Positions 13,365-27,103 are shown, counted from the stretch's first letter. The stretch: 64,000 nt of DNA from Anaeramoeba ignava BMAN (GCA_028826165.1 JAPDFW010000114.1:124001-188000); one strand, 5' to 3'. Notes: a model not told the origin generated them from the sequence alone. Numbers and translations are program-made.

Positions 13365-16300
13365 ATGTTTGGAAAAAAGGGTCGAATTTCCAAGAAAGCA
13401 AAACTAATTTTTGGTGCTGTTTCAGTTTCTCGTTTATCTATTCCTAATTCACTTGTTTCACTTAAATGGAAAAGAGGTAAAAGAGATGGAGTTACAAATT
13501 CATCTAAAGTTGATGAATATGGATTTTCTTCTTGGTTTGAAGAATTTACAATTGAAATAACTTTATTTATTGATAAAAAAACTCAAAAACCAGATCCAAA
13601 AATTTTACAATTATTTCTTTTACAAGTAAATTTTAATTTATATTCAACTTATGAAAAAAAAAACAAACAAAACAAAAAAAACAATTTTCTTTTTTTTAAT
13701 TTAATTTTAAATATTTATTTATATTCTTCATATTTAAAATAAATTCATTTTAAATTCTTTTTATTACAATTTCAATTCAAAATGATCTTAATTAGTCATC
13801 ATATCAATACAACAAAAATTAAAATAAAATTCTCATTTAAAAATCTCCATAAAATTTTTATAAATAATTTTTTCCAAACTTTTTAATCCCCCAAAATATA
13901 ATTTAAAATATATTTTAAAAATTTAATTAAAAATATAATTAGAAATATAATTTGAAATATAATTTAAAAATTTAATTTAAAAATATAATTTAAAATATTA
14001 AATTAAAAATATAATTTAAAAATATAATTTAAAATATAATTTAGAAATATAATTTAAAAATATAATTAAAAATATAATTTAAAAATATAATTTGAAATAT
14101 ATTTTAAAATATAATTTAAAAATTTTATTAAAATTTTATTAAAAATTTTATTAAAAAAGAACAAAAAAGATTCAAAAAAACCTTTAACAATCGGTAATAC
14201 AAAAATTGATGTTTCTGAATTTTATCAAAAACCAAAAGCTACTGTTAGTGAACATATACTAAATATTCAAAATCAAACTAAAAGAGAAAATCCAGGACTT
14301 TTATTATGTTTCCAAATTTGTGAAAAAGACCAAAATTCACAATCACTTCCCTCAATTTTATACTCTCGTTCTGTTCAAGAAAAAATTCGCAAATATGAAT
14401 TTATTCAAAAGAAAAAAATTCAATCAGGAAAAATAGATTATGATGAATATTCTGAATTTAGATCTGATTCTAATAAAAAAGATTCTTCAGAAATTACTGA
14501 TCACGGAATGAATGCTTTTGATCCAAATAATCATCCTGTCAAAAATACTCCAAATAAAAGATTGAACAAAGTAGAACCAACTTTTAAAAATCCATTTGTA
14601 ATTTTATTTAAGAAAATTTGTTCTTAGAATCAATTATTTAAAAAAAAAACCACATTTTTATTTTAATCTATTTTTATTTTTAGAAAGAACAAGTTCCGCT
14701 CAAAAATCAACCATTTGTTTCTGATCTTGATTCAACTGGTTTTCTTCCTTTAGTATTTTTTAATTATTATTTAAATCATCTCAAATTTTTTCTCATTTTC
14801 TGATTTTTTTATTTTATTTTAGCAACAATTTCCTGATGATGCTAATACAAATACAAATATGAATATGAATATGAATATGAAAAATAAAAATAAAAATAAA
14901 AATAAAAATAAAAATAAGAACAAAAATAAAAACAATCATGATGATTTCATTTCTGATCTTGATTCAACAGCTTTTCTTCCATTAGTATATTTTTTTTCTT
15001 CAATATAAAAAAAAATCAAAATTCATTTTTAACAAATAATTCCTTCATAAATAATTTTTTTGTTACTTCATTTTAGAAAGAAATTCCAAAAAATAATAAC
15101 AATGCAAATGCAAATGCAAATGGAAATGCAAATGGAAATATTAAAAATAACAAAGATGATTTTATTTCTGATCTTGATTCAACCGCATTTCTTCCATTAG
15201 TATATTTTTTTAAAAAAAAAGGAATGAAACAAAAAAAAATATTCAACTCAACTTTTTTATAAATAAATAAATAGCAAAATAATAATCCAAATATTCAAGT
15301 GAATCAAATCCAACAAATCAAGAATAATTCAAACAAATATCATACAAATTACAATTCTCCATTGAGAACAAATAACCAAATGATGAAATCACAACAAATC
15401 AAAGAACCTGACGAACCAGATATTGAAAGTTTAGCATTAAGTGATTTCAATTTTGGAGTTGAAAATTCAAACAACAAACAAAATTCTCATAATTTACAGA
15501 TTCCAACAAAAAATACTCCAATTAGATCAAACAAGAGAAATGAAATTTTCAAAAAACCTGAGATAATCAATTCAGAAAATCATCAAAAAACAAAATCATC
15601 AAATCAAAGAACTAAAAAACCACAACAAAATAAAACAAAAAGTGAATTAAAAAATACATCAAAATTAAGAAGCATGCAGAATTTCAATCAAAACAATTTC
15701 AATCAAAACAATATCAATCAAAACAATTTCAATACATTAAATCGAGAAATTGAAATAGCAAAAGCTTTAAAACAAGAACGATGGCTTGTAGAAAATCTTT
15801 TTTTCTTTCCAGAAAACGAATTTATTGATTCTTTTCCAATTTTTTCATGCTTCTTTTATAAATTTTTGATATTTTGGAATTCATTCCATTATGAAAACAA
15901 GGAAATCATTACAACATTTATAGAATCACTTAAAAAATATATCAATTATAACAAGAACAATTCTCAAAGATTGCTTACAGTAACATCAATTATTATCTTT
16001 TTATCAGGACTTGTGACACAATTTACACAAGCAACACGTGAAACAAATGAGAGTTTGCAAAATTTACTTCAATTTTTAATGTCTTCTTTGGCATCAATTA
16101 CTCAATTTTATACTGAAATTATTTTCAGAGAAATTAAACCTATTCTCAGAGAATCTTTTTTGAAACAAAACGAACTCTGTAAAAGAGTATCTAAAACAAA
16201 AGCTTTTCGAAGTTTAAATGATAAAATTTCTCCAAAAGAAGTTGCAACTATTTTTGAGAAGGTTCAAATGAAATTAAATCAACTTCATCTTCCTCATGAT

Positions 16301-17519
16301 TTTGAAGAATATGTTCTTTCAGAAACTCTACTTTCAATAGATAATTATATTTTTAATCGAATTTTGGCAGAGAAAAGATTATGTTCTGTTGGAAGTAGTA
16401 TTTTTATTCAATGGGCTTTAAATCAACTTGATAAATGGCTTGATACACATAGTTATACACATTTAAAGTATTTAATTCAATTCAATTCAATTTAAATATT
16501 TAATTTAATTCAATTCAATTCAATTTAAATATTTAATTCAATTCAATTCAATTTAATTTAAATATTTAATTTAATTCAATTCAATTCAATTTAATTTAAA
16601 TATTTAATTTAATTCAATTCAATTTAAATATTTAATTTAATTCAATTCAATTTAATTCAATTTAATTTAATTCAATCCAATTTAAATATTTAATTTAATT
16701 CAATTCAATTCAATTCAATTCAATTTATTTAATTATTTAATTCAATTCAATTTAATTTAAATATTTAATTTATTTCAATTCAATTCAATTTAAATATTTA
16801 ATTCAATTCAATTTAAAATTTAATTTAATTCAATTAAATTTATTTTCAATTCAATTTAATTTAATTCAATTTATTTCAATTCAAATTTAAATATTTTATT
16901 TATTTCAATTTAATTTCAATTTAATTCAATTCAATTCAATTCAATTCAAAATATTTCAATTCCAATTCAATTCAATTCAAATATTTAAATTTCATAAACT
17001 TCAAAAATTTAACAATTCAATTGAATCAATAACTGCTATTGCAATGAATAAATCTGTTGCTTCAACTCCTTCAACTTGTAGAAAAGTTTGTCCATCTCTC
17101 AATTTTTTACAAATACACAGAATATTATCAAATTTCTTACCTGATAAGTATTTATTTTATTAAAAAATATGAATTTTTTTTAATTTTTCTCAATCCAAAA
17201 ATTTCATTTAATCAATTAAATCAATCCATTTTTTTTTTCTTTTTTGTAAATTTTTAACAATTCTAGATTTGATACTGAAATTATAAAGAGAAAACAACTT
17301 GATAATTTTTTGTCAATTGCTAAACTAAAATATCCAAACCAAAACCAAAATTTAATTCAACAAAAAATTGAACATAAAAAAATTCAAATTGATTTTGTGA
17401 AAATTTCTTTATTTGGTTGGGATAAAATTCCTTTTCCTTTAAGATCATATGATTCAGAATCCTTTTATTATTTAAATTTTTCTTTTGAAGAATTATTTGA
17501 TAAAAAGAAAAAACTTTAA
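13365..17519 (+). CDS. NT-C2 (EEIG1/EHBP1 N-terminal C2) plus C-terminal Dilute-like domain protein, about 8 exons
   Basis: NT-C2 signature LKWKRG...W.EEF.IEITL...IGNTKIDVSEF. Dilute-like segment FNRIL....CS.G...QWALNQLDKWL...RKVCPSLNFLQIHRILSNFLPDKF. Introns 13626-14159, 14598-14683, 14753-14822, 14985-15076, 15200-15274, 16468-~16997 and 17148-17266. Confidence 0.82.
16468..16997 (+). repeat. Intron filled with (AATTC)n / AATATTTAAT repeats; acceptor uncertain
   Basis: GTATTT donor followed by a G-free pentamer array. The coding frame resumes at about 16998. Confidence 0.75.
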
Positions 17520-17959
17520 ATCCAAAAATTCAATCTCAATCCAAAAATTCATTTCAAAAATCAATCAAAATCCAAAAATTTAATTTTTGTTTTTATTTTT
17601 GTTTTTATTTTGAAAAAGTTTCAATTCAATTTAAATTTTTATTGCTTTTTGATTATTTTTTATTTTTTCAAAAAGAAAAATTCAATTCAAATATTTATTT
17701 CAATTCAATTCAATTCAATTCAATTTTTTAATTTAAATATTAATTCAATTTAATTTAAATATTTAATCCAATTTAATTCAATTTAAATATTTGATTACAA
17801 AAATAAAAACAAAAACAAAATTTTTCATTTTTATTCTTCTTCTTCTTTTGATTTTTATTTTTCTTTATTTTATTTTATTATTTATTTTTTAAAAAAATCA
17901 TTACTTCAATTCAATTCAATTCAATTCAAGGGCTTTTATTTAAATTTAATTTATTTAAA

Positions 17960-18155
17960 ATGAGAAAACAAGATAATATAACAAAAAATTTTAAAACCAA
18001 AAATTCATTTTTAAATAGTTTAAAAGTGAAAAAAATACCTTTCCATTTTCAAAAGATTCAGAACTTTTATTATTTAAATTTTTCTTTTGAAGAATTATTT
18101 GGAAAAAAAACCACCTTTCAATCTCAATCCAAAAATTCGTTTTTCAAAAATCAAA
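17960..18155 (+). pseudogene. Degenerate duplicate of the last exon and 3' UTR of the NT-C2/Dilute gene
   Basis: Shares TTTTATTATTTAAATTTTTCTTTTGAAGAATTATTTG and TTCAATCTCAATCCAAAAATTC with 17463-17550. The upstream part is partly deleted. Confidence 0.7.
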
Positions 18156-18350
18156 AAAGTTCTTCCTTTTACTAAAGAAAAAGAAGAATTAATTCGAACT
18201 TTTTAATTGAAATTTATGATTACAAAAATAAAATAAAAATAAAAAAAGAAAAATTTTTGAAGAAAATTTGAAAAACAACAAAACAAACAAATTTTCAATT
18301 TCAATTCAACAAAATTTATCAAATTTAAAATTTAAATTTAATTTACAAAA

Positions 18351-21300
18351 ATGGCAGATAATAAAAAAAACCAAAAAAAAACAAAATCAAAAACGTAAAT
18401 TTTTGAAAAACAAGTGGAAAAACCAAAATCTTCTCCTCAAAAAAATCAAAACAAAATCAAAAAAATCAAAAGAAAATCAACAAAATCAAATTGAAAATCA
18501 ACAAAACGAGAAAAAAATTGAAGAAAAAATTGAAAAACAACAAAAACAACAAATCCAAAATCAACAAAAACAAAATCAAATTGAAAAACAACAAAATAAA
18601 CAAAATCAACAAAATCAACAAAATCAACAAAATCAACAAAATCAACAAAAACAACAAATCCAAAATCAACAAAATCAAAATCAAATTGAAAATCAAATTC
18701 AAAATCAACAAAATCAACAAAAACAACAAAATCAAATTGAAAATCAAAATCAACAAAATCAAATTGAAAATCAAATTGAAAATCAAAATTGAAAAATGAA
18801 AATCAAAATCAACAAAATCAAATTGAAAACAAATCAAAATCAACAAAATCAAAATCAAAATAAAAATCAAAATGAAAATCAAATTGAAAATCAAAATCAA
18901 AATCAACAAAATCAAAATCAAAATCAAAATCAACAAAATCAAAATAAAATTGAAAATCAAAATCAAAATCAAATTGAAAATCAAATTGAAAATCAAATTG
19001 AAAATCAAATTGAAAATCAAAATCAAATTGAAAATCAAATTCAAAATGAAAATCAAAATGAAAATCAAATTGAAAATCAAATTGAAAATCAAACTGAAAA
19101 TCAAAATCAAAATCAAAATCAAAATGAAAATGAAAATCAAATCCAAATTCAAAATCAAAATGAAAATGAAAATGAAACTGAAAATCAAAATCAATTACAA
19201 AGTCAGATTCAAAATTATATTCAAAAACCAATTAGCTTTCCAAAATTAAAGCCAAAATCAAGATTAGCCCAAGAACCAAAATTCAAAAAAGAATCAAAAT
19301 CAAAATCAAAATTGAAACCAAAATCAAAATCTCCTCAACGAAATAATCCAAAAAAAACAGGATCAGATCAAGAGAGTAAAAAAGAATCAATTTCACAAAC
19401 ATTTAGCAAGTCAAATGAAATAAATAATTCTTTAGATAAGAAATTGAACCGAAATACACTTTCAATTTTTACTTCTAAATCAGAAGAAATTAAACAACTT
19501 CAACAAACTGTAATAATTATTTCAACAATCAATTATAAATTTTGAATCTAATTTTCTTTCTATTTGTTTAATTTTTATTTTTATTTTTATTTTATTATTG
19601 AAATTTTTTTCATAAAAAGTTATCTGATAATACAAAAATTTCAAAAAATTGGGATAAACAACAGCAACATGTAGAAAATAAAACTCCAAAAATACATCAA
19701 CAAGCAAAACTCACTCGTGGACAAACAATTGATGTTTATAATAAAAAGCCATCAGTAACTTTAAATTTACCAAATGAAGACAACATAGGTTTGCAAAAAA
19801 ATTCAAAATTAAAATCAAAATCAAAATCAAAATCAAAATCAAAATCAAAATCAAAATTAAAATCAAAATTAAAATCAAAATCAAAATCAAAATCAAAATC
19901 AAAATCAAAATTAAAATTAAAATCAAAATTAAAATCAAAATCAAAATCAAAATCAAAATCAAAATCAAAATCAAAAACAAAATCAAAATCAAAATTAAAA
20001 TTAAATTCAAAATTAAAATTAAAATCAAAATCAAACTCAAAATCAAAATCAAAATATAAATCAAAATCAAAATTAAAATCAAAATCAAAATTTAAAATTA
20101 AAATTAAAATCAAAATCAAAATCAAAATTAAAATTAAAATATAAATTAAAATCAAAATTAAAATCAAAATCAAAATCAAAATCAAAATTAAAATCAAAAT
20201 CAAAATCAAAATGAAAATTCAAAATTAAATCAAAATTAAAATTTAAAATGAAAATCAAAATCAAAATTAAAATTAAAATCAAAATTAAAATCAAAACCAA
20301 AATCAAAATCAAAATCAAAATTAAAATCAAAATTAAAATCAAAATTAAAATCAAAATCAAAATTAAAATCAAAATCAAAATCAAAATCAAAATCAAAATC
20401 AAAATCAAAATCAAAATCAAAATAAAAATAAAAATCAAAATGAAAATCAAAATGAAAATCAAAATTAAAATTTAAAATCAAAATTAAAATCAAATTCAAA
20501 ATTAAAATCAAAATCAAAATCAAAATCAAAATATAAAAGAAGAAAAAGAAAAAATTGAAAAAGAGGAAAAACAAGAAACAAATGAAGATCAAAAAAGTGA
20601 AAAGCAAATACCTAAAAATGAATGGTTTGCGACTGTATTAAGAAATCATCCAGATGTCCTTCATTTAAAAGAAAAATTACGTTATTTAACAAATGGAGAA
20701 TCGTAAAAAAAAAGAAAAAAGAAAAAAGAATATTTTTTCAAATTTAAATTTAAATTTATTTTAATTTTTTTTTATAAAAAGATTTGGGAAATTAATTCAA
20801 ATTGGATTTACAGAATCAAAAGAAAGTTTACAAAAAAGAATTATGATAAAACTTATAATGGAACATTTACAATTAAACAAATTTCATAAAACTTTAAAAT
20901 CACTTGAAATTGAAAGTCAATTTAAATCAGAATTTTCTTCAAAAAAAAAATCAACACTTAAAACGCTTTTAACATTTTCTTTACAAAGTATTGAAGATAT
21001 TTGGAATTCAAATTATCCAATGCAATCACTTTCTTTAGATCCAGAAGTTAATATTATTCCAGAGTTTAATAGTTTTGAGTAATATTAAATTTTTAAAATA
21101 TTTTTCAACACAATTATTAAACGATTATTAAATTTCAAAATTATTTTAGTGATGAAGATTCACAAAATGATGTTCCAATTTGGAACGAACCACCAGATTC
21201 AGAAGAAAATATTATATTTACAGGAGAAAGTAAAATTCAAATCAAAACTCAAAATCAAAATCAATTTAAATCAAATTAAATCAAAATCAAAATTAAAATC

Positions 21301-23659
21301 AAAATTTTAAGGAATTCGAGCAGCAAATTTAAACAAACTTGTAGAAAAATTAACAAGCGAAAGAGCACTTGATTTAAAATTTGTTGAAATTTTTTTATTA
21401 ACATATCAATCATTTACAACTCCTCAAAAACTTTTCCAAAAACTTGTTGAAAGGTAAATTATTTTATTCAAATTATTTTATTCAAATTATTTTATTCAAA
21501 TTATTTTATTCAAATTATTTTATTCAAATTATTTTATTCAAATTATTTTATTCAAATTATTTTATTCAAATTATTTTATTCAAATTATTTTATTCAAATT
21601 ATTTTATTTAAATTATTTTATTCAAATTATTTTATTCAAATTATTTTATTCAAATTATTTTATTTAAATTTCAAAATAAAAAGATTTAATGTTTATACAA
21701 ACAAAGAAAAAACCAAAGAAATAAAACAAATGAATCTCAGAATTCAATTACGTGTTGCAAATGTAATTAAAAATTGGATTGAAAAGCATTTCACAGATTT
21801 TGATGATGCACTTCTTGCAAAAATCAATAATTTTATTAGCAATGAACTTCCAAAAGCAAATTTATCATCATTATCAACACAAATTCGAAATTTAATAACT
21901 AAAAAAATAGAAGGAAAAGAAAGTGAATCAGTAAACTTTCTTGAAATTCCACCAGAACCAAAAATTCCAAAAAATATTTTTAGTAAAAATTTATCGTTAA
22001 TTGATGTTGATGAAGAAGAAATTGCAAGACAAATTACATTAAAAGATTTTGAAATTTTTGTTGAAATTGAAGTAAATACAAAATATAATTTTTATATCAA
22101 TTAATCTTTATATCAATTAATTTTTATATCAATTTATCTTTATATCAATTTATCTTTATATCAATTAATTTTTATATCAATTAATCTTTATATCAATTAA
22201 TCTTTATATCAATTAATTTTTATATCAATTTATTTTTATATCAATTTATTTCTATATCAATTTATTTTTATATCAATTTATTTTTATATCAATTTATTTT
22301 TATATCAATTTATTTTTATATCAATTTATCTTTATATTAATTTATTTTTATATTAATTTATTTTTATATCAATTAATTTTTATATCAATTAATTTTTATA
22401 TCAATTAATTTTTATATCAATTTATCTTTATATTAATTTATTTTTATATTAATTTATCTTTATATCAATTTATCTTTATATCAATTAATTTTTATATCAA
22501 TTAATTTTTATATCAATTTATTTTTATATCAATTTATCTTTTTATATCAATTTATTTTTATATCAATTTATTTTTATATCAATTTATCTTTTATATCAAT
22601 TTATTTTTATATCAATTTATTTTTATATCAATTTATTTTTATATCAATTAATTTTTATATCAATTTATCTTTATATCAATTAATTTTTATATCAATTTAT
22701 CTTTATATCAATTTATTTTTATATTAATTAATTTTTATATCAATTTATCTTTATATTAATTTATTTTTATATCAATTAATTTTTATATCAATTTATTTTT
22801 ATATCAATTTATCTTTATATCAATTTATTTTCATATTCACATCGAAAGTTTTATATAAATTAATTTTTATATCAATTTATTTTTATATCAATTTATCTTT
22901 ATATCAATTTATCTTTATATTAATTTATTTTTATATCAATTAATCTTTATATTAATTAATTTTTATATCAATTTATTTTTATATTAATTAATTTTTATAT
23001 AATTTAAATAATTCAAGCCATGTGAACTTCTTAATTTAGCATGGAGTAAACCTAAATTAAAACACAGAGCTCCAAATGTTCTTAAATTGATTTCACAATT
23101 TAATCAAATTTCAGGATGGATTACAACCGAAATTGTATCAGGTGATGATATTCAACATCGAGTGAAGTTAATTACTAAATTTATAAGATTAGCAGAATAT
23201 TTTGAAAAAATAAATAACTTTAATGGACTTATATCTGTGGTATCCGGACTTAATGATGCTTCAATTAATAGATTAAAAGCAACTTGGGAAAAAGTTCAAC
23301 CTAAAAATATGAGTTCTTTTGAAAGAATTATTGAAGCTATGAAACCAACAGGATCATATAAAAATTATCGAAATATTCTTAAAAATGTAAATCCACCTTG
23401 TTTACCTTATTTGGGTGTTTATCTTACTGATCTTACTTTTATTGAAGATGGAAATAAAGATTTTGTTGGAAATTTAATTAATTTTCATAAAAGATTTTTA
23501 GTTGGTGATATAATTACTCAAGTTCAACAATTTCAACAAAAAAAATATAATTTTCAACAAGTTTATCAGATTTCTCTTCTTTTTGAAAATTTACATATTA
23601 TTTCTTCTAAAGAAGCATATGATAAATCACTAATAATTGAACCGAGAAAATCCAATTAA
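18351..23659 (+). CDS. RasGEF (CDC25-type) with Q/N-rich N-terminus, LisH-like motif, REM and catalytic domains (Dictyostelium GefA/Aimless-like architecture)
   Basis: LisH-like KLIMEHLQLNKFHKTLKSLE. REM RAANLNKLVEKLT...FLLTYQSFTTP. Catalytic EEIARQITL, NNFNGLISVVSGL and PPCLPYLGVYLTDLTFIEDGN. Seven GT-AG introns, including 19789-20539, 21454-21683 and 22072-23017. Indel noise in the 5' Q/N repeat makes the start less certain. Confidence 0.92.
19789..20539 (+). repeat. 751-nt intron of (AAAATC/AAAATT)n hexamers
   Basis: GTTTGC donor, TAAAAG acceptor, phase-1 join. Hexamer array throughout. Confidence 0.85.
21454..21683 (+). repeat. 230-nt intron of 14-mer (AATTATTTTATTCA)n
   Basis: C recurs every 14 nt (21483, 21497, 21511, 21525...). 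GTAAAT...AAAAAG boundaries. Confidence 0.9.
22072..23017 (+). repeat. 946-nt intron of 16-mer (TTTTTATATCAATTWA)n
   Basis: 16-nt period. GTAAAT...TTCAAG boundaries restore EIE|PCELLNLAWSK. Confidence 0.9.
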
Positions 23660-24070
23660 AATCAAATTCAAAATCAAAATCAAAATTTCAATTCAAAATG
23701 AAATTCAAATTCAAAATCAAATTCAAACTCAAAATCAAAATTCAAAATCAAAATCAAACTCAAAATCAAAATCAAAATCAAAATCAAAATCAAATTTAAA
23801 ATCAAAATTAAAATTAAATTCAAATCCAAATCCAAAATCAAAATTTCAATTCAAAATGAAATTCAAATCAAAATCAAAATCAAAATTAAAATCAAATTCA
23901 AAAATAAAAATAAAAATCAAATTCAAATTCAAATTCAAAATCAATTTCAAATCAAATTCAAAATCAAAATCAAAATCAAAATCAAAATCAAAATCAAAAT
24001 TAAAATTAAATTCAAATTCAAAATCAAAATCAAAATCAAAATTAAAATCAAAATCAAAATCAAATTTTAA
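23660..24070 (+). repeat. (AAAATC/AAATTC)n array in the RasGEF 3' UTR / intergenic region
   Basis: Hexamer array starting directly after the TAA at 23657-23659. Confidence 0.85.
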
Positions 24071-24173
24071 TTTCATTATTTTTTTTCTCTTTTTTTTTGG
24101 TTTATTTTTAATTAAAAAAGTTTTTTTTTCATTTTTTTTTTTCATTTTTTTTTCATTTTTTTTTTCATTTAAA

Positions 24174-27103
24174 ATGTCTTCAAAATTTTATCCAATTGCT
24201 TATGTTATTGTTTGTGGTTTTAATGACAAAGTTGGAAATCAAGTTGAATATGTTTATCCAAATATAAATCAAGAAGATAAAGAAACAAAAAAATGGCTTA
24301 CTTTAATTAGTTTTTTTGCACTTCCTGATGGTTCTCATAACCTTTCAAACTCAAGTCTGTTTTTTACATATAAAACACCACCAGAAAAAAAACAGAGAAA
24401 GTTATATTGCGTGTCTTGTTTTCGTAAATTGGATTCAAAAGTAAATTCTTAATATAATATTTATTATAATATTTATTATAATATTTAATATAATATTTAT
24501 TATAATATTTATTATAATATTTATTATAATATTTAATATAATATTTAATATAATATTTAATATAATATTTAATATAATATTTAATATAATATTTAATATA
24601 ATATTTAATATAATATTTAATATAATATTTAATATAATATTTAATATAATATTTAATATAATATTTATTATAATATTTAATATAATATTTAATATAATAT
24701 TTATTATAATATTTATTATAATATTTAATATAATATTTAATATAATATTTAATATAATATTTATTATAACATTTAATATAATATTTATTTTATTCTCAAT
24801 ATTAGCTTGTTGAAAAAAGTGATACAACAAGAGGAATGATTCAAAAATCTGTTTCTATTTTATCTTATATTCCACTCTTTGGGTCATTTCGTTCAAGATT
24901 GGAAATTTTGACACATGCTTGGTTTGAACAACATGATTTTGGAAATAAAGATTTAATTAGTTCAATATATCAAACCATCAATAACTCTTTAGTAATTAAA
25001 AACGAATCAAATGAAATTATTCCAAGAAATGTTGATGATCAATTATTTATGGATTTATCTCCAAGAAAGTTAATTTTAATTTTCCAAAGGTTTTTATTAT
25101 CAATTATTAAGTGTATTTTATTGGAAAAGAAAATCATCATTTTTTCAGATTCTCCAACTGATGTTTCTAATTTTGCTGTATCTATTCTATCACTTATACC
25201 TGAATTGATTCAATCTTTATTTCCAAGAGATTTCCGAAAATATCAATCTAAAAGACCAACAACAGTGAAAGAAAGTTATGCAAAAAGCCAAAATCAAAAT
25301 CAAATTCAAAATCAAAATCAAAATCAAATTCAAATTCAAATTCAAAATCAAAATCAAAATCAAAATCAAAATCAAAATCAAAATCAAAATCAAAACCAAA
25401 ATCAAAAAAACCAAAATCAAAATAATGCAAATGGGGATGAAGATTTAATTGATTTAAATTTATTTAAAATAGAACAACCAAATCAAAATGAAGAAAAAGA
25501 AAAAGAAAAAGAAAAAGAAAAAGAAAATTTAATAGATTTTAGTTTATTCGAATCAAATAAAACAAAAAAGAATGATACAAATGAAAATCCAAATCAAAAC
25601 CAAATTCAAAATCAAAATCAAAACCAAAATCAAAATCAAAATCAAAATCAAAACCAAAATCAAAGCCAAAATCAAATTCAAAATCAAAATCAAAATCAAA
25701 TTCAAATTCAAAATCAAAATCAAAATCAAAATCAAAATCAAAATCAAAATCAAAATCAAAACCAAAATCAAAATCAAAATGAAAATCAAAATCCAAATCA
25801 AAATCAAAATCAAAATCAAAATCAAAATCAAAATCAAAATCAAAACCAAAATCAAAATCAAAATCCAAATCAAATTCAAAATCAAAATCAAAATTTAATG
25901 GATTTTAGTTTATTTGAAAAAAATGAACAAAATCAACAAAATCAAGAAGAAATGGATGAAAATAAAATATTTGGTCTTCCGTTATCAATATTTACAAAAA
26001 AAAATCGATTTGAACCATTTATAATACTAAATTTATTCCAAGAATATTCTTCTTCGAAAATTAGAAGTTATTTTATTGGAGCAAACAACAGACTTTTTCT
26101 AATGAATGATGAATTTCATCATGGAATGCATATTATTCTAAATTCTTCCAATAATTATTCAGTCAAATATTGGGATTCTTCACTCAAAAAATCAATAGAT
26201 TTAACAAGAGCAGAAAATAAATTCATGGATAAAATTATAGAAACAATAAAAAAAACTGGAAATTCAGCTGAATGGATCGGAAGTGATCAATGGATTCGTG
26301 TTCAGTTTCATCAATATTTGAAAAGATTCTTACTTGATTTCGCACAAAAATCAAAAATATTTAAATACAAAAAAACAGTTCAACAAGAGAAAAAATGGAA
26401 TGGAATTCTCAACAATTTAAATAGAGAAGTAAATCAAAACGAAATCAATTTAAATCTAAGAGATCTTTCTAAATATAACTTGAATTGGATTATTAATTGG
26501 ATGAAAACAAGAAATTTCAGAAAATGGGTCTCAAATGCAAATGAAACAAAATTGAAAGAGAAAAAATTTTCTTTTAGTTTTAAAGATATTGATTTATTTG
26601 AAAATGTTAGTGAAAAAGTTTCAAATACTAACAATTTTTTTGGATCAAAAATTTTTCAAGTATTTTCAAAGAAAGAAAAAAAATCAAATCAAAAAGAAAA
26701 TAGAAATACAAAAAATAATAGTAAATCAAATGAAAAAAAGGAATATCATAATTATCTTGAAGATGAAATAATTAATCCAAATGAAAAATCAAATGAAAAA
26801 TTAAATGAAAAATCAAATGAAAAATCAAATGAAAAATCAAATGAAAACAAAAAACAAACAAAGAAAAATCCAATTAAGAAAGGTTGGCATTCAATTACTT
26901 CATTGTTTAATTCAAACGAACAAAAAAAAGAAAATATTCAAACAATAAATGATAAATCAAAAAAATTAATTTCTGAATTAATTTCTTGTAAAATCAAGAA
27001 AAATATTGCAGAAAAAGCTGTCAAAGAAACTGAAGCTGAAAGTTTTGAAGTTGCTCTTGATTGGATAATTGATCAAGAAATGAAAAATGAAATGATAAAT
27101 TAA
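24174..27103 (+). CDS. AVL9: AVL9-like DENN-family protein with NQ-repeat insertion and C-terminal UBA-like domain
   Basis: GFNDKVGNQVEYVYP, FFALPDGSH, TRGMIQKSV, KCILLEKKIIIF, FGLPLSIF, WIGSDQWIRVQFHQYL and WMKTRNF match AVL9. The tail LISCKIKKNIAEKAVKET..SFEVALDWI is UBA-like. One intron, 24441-24805. Confidence 0.85.
24441..24805 (+). repeat. 365-nt intron of 12-mer (TAATATTTAATA/TAATATTTATTA)n
   Basis: Pure A/T tandem array between GTAAAT and ATTAG. Confidence 0.9.

Noticed and set aside
18395-18414. 20-nt mini-intron GTAAAT...CAAG near the RasGEF start
   Set aside because: It is far shorter than any other intron here and does not by itself restore the frame. The region has several A-run indels.
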